Source: Podarcis filfolensis (taxonomy: Eukaryota). Taken from it: 64,000 bases of DNA. The stretch is taken from the NCBI GenBank assembly GCA_964270895.1, contig OZ185439.1; one strand, 5' to 3'. The notes below the pieces were generated by a model. That model was given only the letters and a program-made list of their open reading frames with translations. It was not told the origin of the DNA and ran no database searches. Position 1 is the stretch's first letter; the number at the start of each line of letters is the position of its first letter. Shown in pieces: positions 12,100-23,955 of this stretch. The position numbers and the translations under genes were made by a program.

Positions 12100-12700
12100 T
12101 GTAAGGCCGGCTCTCGCCTATGCCGTTTGCTTTTCATCCGCACTCAACTCGCACTAGTACCCAGCAGAAGCCGTCCTCCGCAAGGTGGTTGGAGGTGGGG
12201 CCGGGCAGATAAAGGACGGCGCGCCTGCGTAGTAGGGAGAGGGCGGGGTGAAGTCTGACTCGGTGGCGCATGCGCGCCGAGAGGCGGTCGCCCCGCTCAG
12301 GTAACGGGGGCTGTTTCGCTCCCTTCCTTTTAGGGTCCGGCCTCGGTTGCGCCCCGCGCTGTGTAGTTAGGCAGCGCCCTTTGAGGCTAGGGAGGGAGCG
12401 GCCAGGGTACGAAGTTGGGGTGGCGGTGGGAGAGGACCTGGCGGCACTGCCTGGGGTCGGGTGGCAAAACATGACTGGGAGGGAGGCGTGTTGGGGTGCA
12501 GAGGGGGACTTTGGAGGAGGCTGCCTGTGGGGCGCTCTTGGGGGCGTGTTTAGGGAGAAGGGGGCCTGAGCGCACCTGTTTTCTGTGTACGTGGGATAGG
12601 GGACCGTACCTGGGATGGGAAGAGGAGAGCCCCATTTACAGTGGAGGTGAGTTGGGGTGGGGCAGGGTGGGGCGGGAGGAAGTAGGTAGGTGCTGCTGCT
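12100..12700 (+). promoter_or_regulatory. CpG island / ARMH3 promoter
   Basis: CpG-dense, with GC box GGGCGGGG at 12241-12248 and a perfect NRF1-type palindrome GCGCATGCGC at 12266-12275. Confidence 0.78.
12240..12300 (+). other. ARMH3: Putative non-coding exon 1 of ARMH3 (5' boundary approximate)
   Basis: Donor CAG|GTAACG at 12300/12301 lies inside the CpG island. The ATG exon at 18820 begins with an acceptor, so an upstream UTR exon is required. Confidence 0.55.
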
Positions 12701-15700
12701 CAGGAGGCAGTTTTATGCATTTCCTGCTCTAGTCATCTCCCCCCACTCCTCTTTTCTGTTAAGTGCTTTCACCTTCCTGCACCCCTGTTGCAGTAGTATG
12801 GAAGAGGGAAGAGCTCTCATTTGGGGGCAGGTGAAGTGTCTTGTTCTGCTGTTGCCCACACGCTTAAGCTTCCACGTGGTTCCCTGCCCTCATAATTGGG
12901 ACCAATGTGCTCTTTCTTCTCTTGTTTCCACATATTTTGATAAACGATTGGCTCCCCTGCCCCAAATCTTGTTTCTAGATCGCGTAATAGAGTCAATTCC
13001 CAGCTGTTGGAGATGACTAAATTAATATTCTTCAAGGGTGGATTCTCTTCTTTTCTTAGCCTTCCAGGGTATACCTATGGGCACAGTGAAGACTGTTAAT
13101 CGGTTCGTAGGAGTTGGCTCCTATGTTTATAGCTTATACCGTCACAGTGCATGTACGCGCTTTATGTGTTCACAGGAAAGCTGAGTGATTATAGCAGCTG
13201 GGTGCACAAGAAAAGTGTACACATGCATTATAATACATATGTGTTGTCCACTTTCTTTGATGATCTATGTATGTGTTAATTCCCACAGAAGTAGCTCCAT
13301 GTTGGGATTTTGTAATGTCTGAAGCAGCTCCAAGTGTGCTTGCACATGTTAATAAAATCAAACAACTTCTCAGAAATATTGCAATCTGCATGTGCCACTT
13401 GTATTCATTTTAAAATATACCTGTGTTTTGATTTCTTCGGTCTATAGTTTTTTTGGGTCACACATAACTAAGTGAGGGAACCTAAAATTGAAATGGTGAA
13501 CACTTGCTTAACGGCAAGGCATAAGTTTTAAAAATGACTTATAAAATACCTTATGCATTTCCCCATTTCATAAAGCAAACGCTTTGAAGTAAAAGAGAAG
13601 CTGCAGAACTTAAAACCACAGTTGATGTGGTATTCATGGTGACCCTTTTCTTTATGCATGAAAGTAGCCATAAGGGAAATAGGAAAATGCACATGGGGTT
13701 ACAGCTAGGTAACTATGGCTTCCCTCCTCCAGCAGGCCATTCCCTTTCTACACACACACCACTTCTGCCCTCCTTTTCACAAACAATATTCTGTGGTTAC
13801 TGAGAATTTTCTGCCCTTATTGGCGGTTTTTGTTTTTAAATTGTTTTATATCTGCAACCCTTGGAGTTCCCTTGAATGATCTGATTCTTCTCTCATATTT
13901 CTCTGTGTTCTTGTTACTTTTCCTGGCATTCCCCACTTGATTTCACTATTAGTAATTTCATCATCATCTTGTGCCTCCACTCGATGCAACCCTTTATATC
14001 CCATCATAATGAGTATCTGTTCACATAATCCCAACACTGCTTTGAAAGTGTATTAGCATTTATTCAAAGGTAACAGATTCCATGGTTTACATTTTGTGGT
14101 AGCTCTGACACAGATTAGAAGATTTCCTCATGGTTTTTATTTCTGTAACAACTTCTCATTGAAGCTTTGTTTAAATAATTAACATTTGTACATAATGAAG
14201 GGGAGCTGAAGTTGTAAGAGTACAGTTAACTTAAAAGACAATCTGCATTCATGCCTAAGTAGGAATTTGGACCCATACCTCTCTAGTTCAAGAGGTAACA
14301 TTTCCCACCAGCTCACATTCCAATAGCAAAATTTGATTAGAGGTTTGTGTCCCAGTGTTGATGGTTAGTTTATTATAATTGAGATTGATTGGCCTGGAGG
14401 ATGGTCTGAAAGTACCTGGCACACTTTTGCTGCAAGTACGAAGCAGAATTGGCTCTATCAGGAAAGAGTAGACAGACTACAGACTTGGCAAATATACTTT
14501 GTTCTTTATTAGAGTCCCAAGATCTATTAACCAGCGCCAGGAGCAAAAGACATAGTTATAATTAAAGAAAAGGGTGCCTCTGAGTACATTCTGAGCCCAG
14601 GAATTGGTTTTCAGTACCATAACTGAATTAAGCTCACAACCCTTTCACAGAAAAGTGCATTCCTGGTTAGCGTTCTTCATTTCTGCAGCCTAATTTAGGT
14701 GTAAAAAGTCATCTTGTTGCTATTTTTAAACAACTGGGAGTCAGGAATGCTTCCTGATTTATTGCAAATGGTCTAGAGATCTATCAGTAGATTCCAGTCT
14801 ACACTCTTCCCACCCCTGCTATAATGGGTGGATTCTTGGGAATCCTTTGTAAGCTGTTCGGAGGCTCTGATGTAGAGGGACATCTTATATTATGCTTCTA
14901 AATATCATAAATAAAACTGCATATTTGTGACTGATATGTCTAACCCTTAATGGGTTGCCATCTGTTTGTCTGCCATTCTCTAGAAGTAGTTGTGGTTGGT
15001 TATGCCAACAGTGTCTATTTTATTTTTCTGTCTCTAATTCTTCTACTTTCTCATTTTGCTTCTGTATTTTCCCTCTGTGTATTGGTAAGATCAGCCGGTT
15101 GGGTGTTTTTGTGGTGGAGGGATCTGAAACACGTGAGCTAAAGTTGCTGGGCAGTGATCAAGTCATTGTCAGGCAGGTTTTAACCTGGGAGTTGGAACCT
15201 GGCAGGAGAGCAGGAGTTCTTGCATTGCAAACTTGATCTTATTGTATTCTTTTCTCCCTTTCTCTTTGTATTACAGAAGTAGTAGCAGCTTCACATGGGG
15301 GCTTCTTAGTCACTGAGCTGGACAAAAGAAGATCAAAATTGTAAGTGCTGATTCTAAGGAAGGTACTTGTATCACACCTGTAATTAACTTCGGTCAGATG
15401 CTTTGCTTTCTTGGGATAAGAAGTTTGAAATTCAAAACTGGCTACTCTATTACTTCAGCTGTAGGTTTCAGGATAATAAAATAATGTTACCCCCCACTGG
15501 CTGTGGAGTGTGTTTACAACTTAATATGAGGCAGTTGGAGTCTATATTGCTCACACTCAAGTGGTTTCCTTAGTTCCAATTAGTTCTAGGTGTGCAAATG
15601 TATTCCTGGATGTGGGATCGCAAGAGGCTTAATTTGTAAGCACTGAGGCCATTCTGAGGTTATTGTGGGCTTAATTTTGTTCCCTTGTAGATCAGTTTTA

Positions 15701-18700
15701 AACTCTGGCAGTAGAAAGAAATGAGCTTGCCTCTGAATATCATTTGCCGGGAATGGGAGAGTGCTGTTGCAGGCATGCCTTGCCTAGGGGCTTCCCTTTG
15801 GCATCTGGTTGGCTACTGTGAGACCAGAATGGTGGACAAGATAAGCTCAGTAGAGTTCTTCTTATGTAGCTTCAGTCATGGGATGAGACTGCAAGTTATG
15901 ACAGGGAAACATTGCACTGTAAAATATTATGTTTAGAACAGAAAATTCTATTTCTAGAAATATTTCAGTTTCAACATATAATTGTATGGTGCCATAGAGT
16001 ATTTCCTGATTTTAATGTAATCTCTGTGAAAGTCAATGTTTAATCTCGCTTCTTCTTTTTTAGTCTTTCTGCATAATATGAGATAAGGAGAAATTAATGT
16101 ATCTGGCAGCAGCTGTGTATGTAGCTGCTCTGTGTATGTAGCTGCCCTGTTGCTCTGTTGCCTCTTTTCTTCTCTGCCTGTTACAGCAGGCCGAAGGGGC
16201 TGGAGAAAGCAGAGGGGTGGTGATGCAGGAACACAGCAGCTACGTACTCTGACATTGCTTCAGTGGGTTTCAGTCTGTGGTGGCAGACATTACTTTGGGT
16301 CTGGCCTTTGGCTGTCGACGGTGACTAGAGAGAGAAGTCGGAGAGGTTCACAACCAGGGCATAACAATATCCTTCTCCTGTTTGTTGGTAGCGTTTAGGG
16401 CATTATTTGAAAATCAGAATCTGTCTGACTATAATTCTCCCTGCCCTGTCCCACCCTTGGGTATTGCATACTACCTGGTCAAGCTTTTAAAAAAGTTGCT
16501 CTGGATTGGGATGCTGGAGGAATGCTATAATCCATTCCACCTATTGATCTCTCTTGCTCAGCCCCTTAGTGGACCCTCAGATGTTGAAGACCTTGGGGAT
16601 GCATTTCAATCAGCTAGAATTATGATGCTGTGTTTGTTTGGAAACATGGTAATAGCTCTGTTGAAATAAGCAGCTACTTTTCTAAAACTGAAGAAGAATG
16701 AAGGTCTGTACCAGTGATTTCTGTAGATCACGAGACCAAAAAAGCCCTTGAAGTTTTAGAATGAGAGGGTATTTGTACTTTTTGTTAACAGCTTTCCACA
16801 TGTTACTTTGGATTCTCTAACGTAGGCAGCTATAAGATAGAAGAGACAGTCTTAATTGTTGCCTCTAGCAATTTCCCATATGCATGTGTACTCTGTCTAG
16901 TTTAGGACAGCCTGTGTCCCACTTCTAGCTTTGTTGAAAACGTGAACTTATCTGCATGATTGTGTTACCTGTCTGAAGCTTCTTTGCTCTCACTTTACAA
17001 AGGGATGTAGAATATTTTGCTTTCCTGGGCACCCAACACAAGAACTGAAATCTGTTACTCAACTCCTGACTAGGTGTACAAGGATGTTGTTTAACCCCAT
17101 GAAATAACTTTGAACCAGAAGTATGGCTTGTTGTTTTAGTAGTGGTGACATGGAGTGATTAGCTGTATTCCAGGTAGACTACTCGGAGTATATGGACGTA
17201 AGTGTGCCCTATTGATCTTGCTCAGACTTTCTGATTTTTGTCGCAAAAATCTTTGAGTCTGACAAACAGAATGTTGTGCTACTGGTATCGCCTTCCTACA
17301 ACTTTCTGGGTCGTATTCAACCAACTTGTATTCAGAGTAGACCCCTTGAAATTAGTGACCATGGCTAACTTAGGTCCATTAACTTCAGTGAGTCTACTTG
17401 GAATAAAAGTTAATTGACTATAACAATTAAAAAAAGTTGTAAGAAAAGTTGTAAGAAGGTGATGCCAGTAGTGCATTGCACTACCTGCTAGAGATTGGCA
17501 TTGTGTTCCAAAGGTAACAATGGTGAATGTTTCTGCACCTGCCCCTTTAGACCAGACAAATATGTGGAAGAAATGTCCTGCTATATGACCTGCTTCATAT
17601 GCCTGATGTTTGCAGAAGATAAATCTCTGTGTGGTAGGCTGAAGCTAATATATGTCAGTCACTGGAAATGCTCATGAAGCAGAAAGTTGTGGTATTTTCT
17701 CTCTATTGTAAGCAGTTGAAATGAGGAGCTCTTTAGGCGTTGCAGATGTGCTACCATGTTTGTGCTGCTCTGTGCATTATTTATTGTGCCTAAATGGAAC
17801 TGCCATATGCCCCAGCTTCTGCTTTACCTCTATAAGTCTATGTCAGCACAGATGCTAGTTGCTTTAAATCCAGTAATCCTAGTATTGGGGTGAGGGCTGG
17901 TAGTTTACCCCAGGAAAGGAGACTTTTGCAAAGTGTATGTAGGCTATGGGATTGTAGGGCAGTGTGACACTTTCTTTGTGACTTCTTGCTCACAAGAGGA
18001 AAGCAAACTTTTCAATAATGGTAGAGAATAGTTGTTGAATAGAAAATATTCCTTTGGGCCAATTCCTATGTTAAACAAAGGTGTGCTTATCATCATTTGT
18101 ACATGTTTAGAATTTCAGTCAACGCTAACTGCCTGGAGCACGTATCTACATAATATATTTCTAAATGTGTATCTGTGGCTTGTGTGCACTGCATTTTTAT
18201 ATTAACAGGTACAGATTTTTATGTGTATAAGATTGGTGTGAAGTTGTGTTGCAGGATTCCTAATTTAGCAGGACTTCTGATACAACTATAGTGCTCAGTA
18301 GACCAATTTCTACTTTCTTAGGTGCCAAATTTATACTTCCTGCTTGGGGTTTCCTGTTTGGGACTCTGGCTTAGCCAGATATTTGTTGGATTACTTTTGA
18401 CAAGACTTTCTCTCCAGTTCCTCACCTTTTTAAATGAATCTGTAATCTTCCATGCTCCACACTTTCGCTTTCTGTCCAGAATACCTGATGTGAAATGATT
18501 CCTGCAGCAGGTATAAGAAGAAAACCATTGCATATAAAAAAATCATGTGCAAATCTATTTTGTATTATGCACATTTGGACAAATGTACGCTTGCATTTTA
18601 TTAAACTTATTTTTTGTACATTTTTCTCTTATGTAGAAAAAATATGTGTGAAGCAGCCCAGAGGAAATTAAGATGGTTGTAATGTAGTTAATAGCTATAA

Positions 18701-18829
18701 AGTGCCTTGTAAGCTCTAATTTTTTTTTAAAGCAGAGCATAACCTGGAAACGTGTGAATGCTGTGTAAATTAATCTTGAGAGAGCTTCTCTGAAATGTGG
18801 CATGTCTCTGTATCCATAGATTGTAAGCC

Positions 18830-18931
18830 ATGGCGCAAGCTGAGAAGAAAGGCGGATTGCTCCGGAAATCTTCAGCTAGTAAGAAACCCTTGAAAGAGAA
18901 GGTTGTGCTAATGTATGATGAGATCTTTACG
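18830..18931 (+). CDS. ARMH3: ARMH3 (C10orf76) coding exon, start codon (exon 2; acceptor before 18820)
   Basis: [34 protein letters not shown]; context gccATGG; donor gtaagg. Confidence 0.95.
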
Positions 18932-19376
18932 GTAAGGATTGGACTTTGCTCTCCTCATTGTGGCATTTTGTTCAGCTGCAGGATACATTTTACTATGCTG
19001 AAGTAGTCCCATTGGGAAGTGTAAGGCAGGTTGCCCTGGAGCTGTCCCTTATTGCATTATCTCTGGTTTCCTCTCTTAGTTTAGTATTAGTAGTATCTAG
19101 TATTAAGAATGAGAAGGGGAATGCAGTGAATCCTGCCTCTGGGTATGCTTTTACTTTGCTGCTTTGAGGTGAGTATATCTGTACAGCAGGAGATTTCCTC
19201 ATTTAGAATTACCTCTGCAGGCTCTACCATTGATAAACTGCGGAAGAATATATGGTGTGTCTCAGGGCCCATTTCTGCATGCTGTTTCCTGTTTTCCTGG
19301 TTATAATATTGCTATAAGGACACCCATATTTTGTATCCACAGTGGCCATTGTAACAGGAATTACGTTCTCTTTCAG

Positions 19377-19433
19377 ACAGAGGATCCCAGTAAATGCAGT
19401 CCTCGGTTTTGGGAGGAGCTCTTCCTCATGAAG
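19377..19433 (+). CDS. ARMH3: ARMH3 exon 3
   Basis: tttcag|[19 protein letters not shown]|gtaata. Confidence 0.95.
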
Positions 19434-19575
19434 GTAATATAGCAAAGATCAAAAACATCCACTGTCTTCTAATCATCTCTTCATGTTTACTCATCTATGT
19501 AGCAATTTTCCACCTTTAGCCATGTCCTCAGTGACTCCATGAATTGGCTTTTCCCTTTTCCCTTTGTCTTGACAG

Positions 19576-19722
19576 GTGAACTTGGAGTACCTGGAAGGGA
19601 AGCTGGAGTCTTTAGATGGCGAAGAGCTGATGAAGATAAAAGATAATATTAACTGTTTGTTCCAGCGCTGCATCCGGGCTTTGGGAGAAGAACATCCTAT
19701 CAGAGTGGTCAATGCATTACAG
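19576..19722 (+). CDS. ARMH3: ARMH3 exon 4
   Basis: gacag|[49 protein letters not shown]|gtgctg. Confidence 0.95.
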
Positions 19723-20186
19723 GTGCTGTACTGTACATTTTGTGTCTCCAGTGGAGCTAAACCCAGGAACAGGCAGCTAATGACAGTTGTATCAGTGTTG
19801 ATGAGGGAAAGAGTCCACTTCCCATTAAGATTGACTAAGATACATGTCAGTTCAGTGTGCTAGACCAAAAATCCCCTCTGTTAGCATTTATATAATAATA
19901 AAATGGTTTCTCTTCTTTGCTACTTTGTTGGCAGTCAGGAGAGTAATTGAGACTGAATCTATGTAAGCATATTTCAAGTTCTAAAACAGGCAAGCATACT
20001 AAAAATGCAGCCTGCATGGACATGGAAGAGAGTGAAGACTATGTAATATGAATCTGCTGTGTTATACTAAATCAAAGTAAACATCTTCCCAAAATACAGC
20101 TGTAAGGGTCTAGGGCATATAATAATAGGCTCTTGGTGCACTGAAAGCTTTCTCACAGTTCTAGTGTTTTTCTCTTTCCGACACAG

Positions 20187-20294
20187 ACGCTGTGTGCACT
20201 GATTCGTGGAGTTCATCAGAAGAACAAATCCACATCTGGCTTTGACATCATCAACATGTTAATGGGTTTTGACAAGGCTGAACTGTGTATGAAG
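20187..20294 (+). CDS. ARMH3: ARMH3 exon 5
   Basis: cacag|[36 protein letters not shown]|gtgagg. Confidence 0.95.
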
Positions 20295-21424
20295 GTGAGG
20301 GCTAGCTAGAGTGCAGTAAAAGAAAGTGCTGCGGGTGAGGGTTAGGGAGACTGCAGTAAGAGGCAATGGTGTGCTTGTGGAAGAGACATGTTAATCTATT
20401 GTTGATGTATTGGTTACTGTGTCTCCCATAGTATTAAAGGTCCTGGCCAAGGTATGGACAGTCTCATTTCAAATATAGTTGATATCTGCATGCAACCTCA
20501 TGCGTTGCTTATATTTCTGCTAGCTTTCTTTGTCCTCTGAGTACTGGTAACAGAGAAGAAATAATGGCATATAGTGCTTTTTGCACAAATGATGTGTTGA
20601 CTTTTAGACACTGTATAAATATCTATAATGAGGCTGTGATTTGCAACTAGAGGACAAAAATAGAAATCCTTTAAAATGCTTCATAACTAAATGTATCACA
20701 GCTGGGTTTTCTTTTGTGTGTGGGGGAATTAGCTCCATAAGGAAGCAAGGCTAATTACAGTATAATAGCACCTTGCTTGAGAATTACAGCATAATCAGAT
20801 CAGAGCAAGGAAGCCCCACTCAAGGATCCTTCATGCAAGCACTGACACTTCACTCTCAGGCTACTCTGTGCAACCATCTGGGCGTACATTTTTATTTCCT
20901 TTTGTGAAATCGGCTGAGATTCTGAGGGAACAAAATTGTGTGTCACAATCCACACTGTGTGGTTTTGATTTGATGAAGCACAGTTTTAGGCAGAACTGTT
21001 GCTTTAATTTGTTGTGGTTATCTGCCTTGGGAAATGTTTATTTGGTAATATTTATGTTTTAGATGATGGGACAGAATACCTTTTAGAGAATACCTTCTAG
21101 AGATGGCAGTAATTAAACAGATTTATTTATTAAAGACATTTGTACACAAATCCCCCCATAAAAAACTCTAGGCAGCTAACAACAAAATCAAAACACGATT
21201 TAGCAAAATAAAATATAAGTTATGAAAAGTTAAGAATTTTAAAACACCAGGACCAGCGGCATAGTAGAAGTTATTCCAAAGTATCAGATGAAAACAAATA
21301 CAGTAAAAGAGCAGTCTACAAACAAAGAACATTCTTTAAATGGAAAGCTTTTATTAGCTTTTGTAAAGCCATTACAGAGGGGACCAGACATAATAGTATG
21401 TATTCAAGACAGCTTCATTTAGAC

Positions 21425-21558
21425 CAGAGATGGAGAACCTGTGGTCCTCCAGATGTTGGACTGCAACTTCCATCATCTCTTACCTTAGCCATGCTGGCTA
21501 AGGCTGATGGGCATTTGAAGTCAACCATATTCAGAGATCCAAAGGTTCCTCATTCCTG
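21425..21558. mobile_element. hAT-type MITE (complete)
   Basis: TIRs cagagatggagaacct / aggttcctcattcctg; decayed 8-bp TSD atttagac / acctagaa, both nnnTAnnn. Confidence 0.7.
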
Positions 21559-21614
21559 ACCTAGAATTTTACTGACATAGATCCTTCCCATCAAGGATCA
21601 TGATTAAACTCTGT

Positions 21615-21923
21615 GGGGAAGGGCCATAGCTCAGTGACAGAGCATCTGCCTTGCATGCAGAAGGTCCTAAATTCAATCCCTGACATATCCAGGTAGGGCT
21701 AGGAATGTTCCCTGCCTGAAGTCCTGGAGAGCCATTGCTAGTCAGTGTAAACCAGGGTAGTCAATGGAAGGAGGATTCAGCTTGTGCCGTAGAACCCCCT
21801 ACCGCCCTCCTAGAATCCTGAAATGCCCACTAGTGGGCAGTAGGGACCAGGTTGACAACCCCTGGTGTAGACAAGACTGAGCTAGATGGGCCTGTAGTCT
21901 CACTCAGGCTAAAGCAGTTCCTA
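21615..21923 (+). mobile_element. Squam3-like tRNA-derived SINE, interrupted by a nested MITE
   Basis: Head ggggaagggccatagctcagtg..gcatgcagaagg..ttcaatccct; the body is collinear with the copy at 29177-29372. Confidence 0.8.
21753..21864. mobile_element. hAT-type MITE nested in the SINE
   Basis: TIRs cagggtagtcaa / ttgacaacccctg; 8-bp TSD gtgtaaac (21745-21752) / gtgtagac (21865-21872). Confidence 0.8.
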
Positions 21924-22007
21924 GTACTGTATCGGGTACAGCGTCCGTGTGGGGGCTGTGAGAAGTAATGGATATGCTGTGGTTCATAGTAACTTTTTCC
22001 CCTCTAG

Positions 22008-22100
22008 AATCTGATGGAGAGTCTGGATGCTCTGCTATGTGCAGAAGGCTCTGAAAGTCTCAAGAATTTGTGCTTGAAGCTATTACTCTGTTTGGTGACT
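22008..22100 (+). CDS. ARMH3: ARMH3 exon 6
   Basis: ctctag|[31 protein letters not shown]|gtaagt. Confidence 0.95.
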
Positions 22101-23213
22101 GTAAGTAATAGACAATAGAGAGTCAACTATAAAAAGCATGCACTTTCAAAACTTGGAAATTGTTATTTGTGAATTAGCAAGGAATTCTTAATTTCTAAGG
22201 CAGAGGAACTTTCAATTCCAGCTGATCATTATTCCTTTTACAGAGATGACTGCTGTCTAAATTACAGTCTTGGATATAAGTATTGTGTTAGTACATTTAA
22301 TGTGAAGCCTCTTTTCCTGTCACAGGCAGGAATATACTCTTATGTGTAGACCCTGTTTTAAGATTGTTCAGCGTATGCATCTCATGGAGGGAAGTTTGAT
22401 ACCCTTAATTATTTTAGGGAAGATTTACTAATTTACATAGAGTTTTGTATTTGTTGCTGATGTCTACCTGTGAGGAATTGGTTTCTTTTTTGTTGCAAGT
22501 TTGTATTGTTTTTTCTCTCTTTACAAATGTCTGTCTTGTCTATCCTATCCTACAACTTTTCCCAATAGCTAATAATAAACAAGGAAAATCACCCTGAGGG
22601 CAGGGTGAGAGGTAGGCCAACCCATAATTAATGCAAGTATGTGAGCTTCTGTACCTTAAGCACATCCCTAAAGCTCTGCCAAGTAAAGTGTTAAGTTTCA
22701 AGAGTCCCTAGCCTAAGCCATATTTTCTAACAGAGATTTTCAGCTTCCCTCTATCCAGAGCTCAACGGTAGGAATGTAGCAAGAAGCATTGTGATGAATC
22801 TTCTGGTGTATGAAATACTGATTTTATTACTGGCAATATTTAGAAAGCACCCATAAGGACAGAAGATAGCCCAGAACATAATGGTTCAGGGGCAATTATA
22901 TAAGTGATAAGATAGCATTAATATTGTACTAAGTAAAATCCTTAAAGTGTATACCAAAATCAGTAACCTCACTGTAGCCCTAGTACATATGCCTAGAACC
23001 CACAAAGAATGGGCTTCATTACACAGAATATGGGAGAGTTTCGGTAACTGAGAGCACTGCTTCTTGAAACAGGAGACAACAAAAATACTGTGGAGTGGTG
23101 GGTGCAGTTCAGTAATTTTGCAAGGGTAGTAGTAGATAAGAGCATGTTTTAAGTGTGTTGTCACTTCCAGAAACTTCTTTAAAACAACAACCGCCCTTTG
23201 ATTCTCAATTCAG

Positions 23214-23288
23214 GTGACAGATAACATCAGTCAAAACACAATTCTGGAGTATGTGATGATTAACAGCATCTTTGAAGCTATCTTACAG
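23214..23288 (+). CDS. ARMH3: ARMH3 exon 7
   Basis: attcag|[25 protein letters not shown]|gtaagt. Confidence 0.95.
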
Positions 23289-23827
23289 GTAAGTTCCACC
23301 CCCCCCTAAAAAAACCACAAATCTCTGGGCAGTTAAATTTTCCATACTGCATAGCTATAAATAGTGCAGTTCCTGTGATGTTGCTTAAATGGAAACTTAA
23401 GATGAATGCCAAGTAGCATGTTAATGTCTCTCTTGCTTTAGTCTTTCTGTTTTTCTTTTGGTCAGTGTATGCATTTTAGAAGATTTCATTCAGAACTTTT
23501 ATAAATTTGGCACTGTGAACCTAATTCTCTAATAAGCTATGACAAGTAATTTTTTTTTAGTGCAGTCAGCTTAAGTCCGTACCCAGCTATTCATGCCCTT
23601 CAAATGTGCTGATTCTCTTCAAGGTAAAATTTTCGTTTGAATTTGCTGTATACAAATGGGGATTGTCAAGGCCTTTTTAAAGTTTTATAGGTTCATTTTT
23701 GAAACAGACTTTGGGTCTGTTTGCCTGTTGTTTATCTACATCTTTTCAGTTCAGGTGTCTAGAATCACTTTGTTCTTTGCAGCATAGAACCACAGTTAAT
23801 CTAAGTTATTCCTTTTCTTGATTTTAG

Positions 23828-23914
23828 ATCCTCTCCAGTCTTCCCAGTCGCAGGGAACATGGTTATGAAGCTGTTGTCCTGCTTGCCTTATTAGTAAACT
23901 ACAGAAAATATGAG
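23828..23914 (+). CDS. ARMH3: ARMH3 exon 8
   Basis: ttttag|[29 protein letters not shown]|gtgagt. Confidence 0.95.
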
Positions 23915-23955
23915 GTGAGTAATTCATGTGGAAAACGTGTACCTTATCCCTAGGG

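Noticed and set aside
21615-21690. tRNA-Cys-like sequence (also 29177-29250 and the Sauria SINE heads)
   Set aside because: Broken stems and direct continuation into SINE bodies mark these as SINE heads, not tRNA genes.
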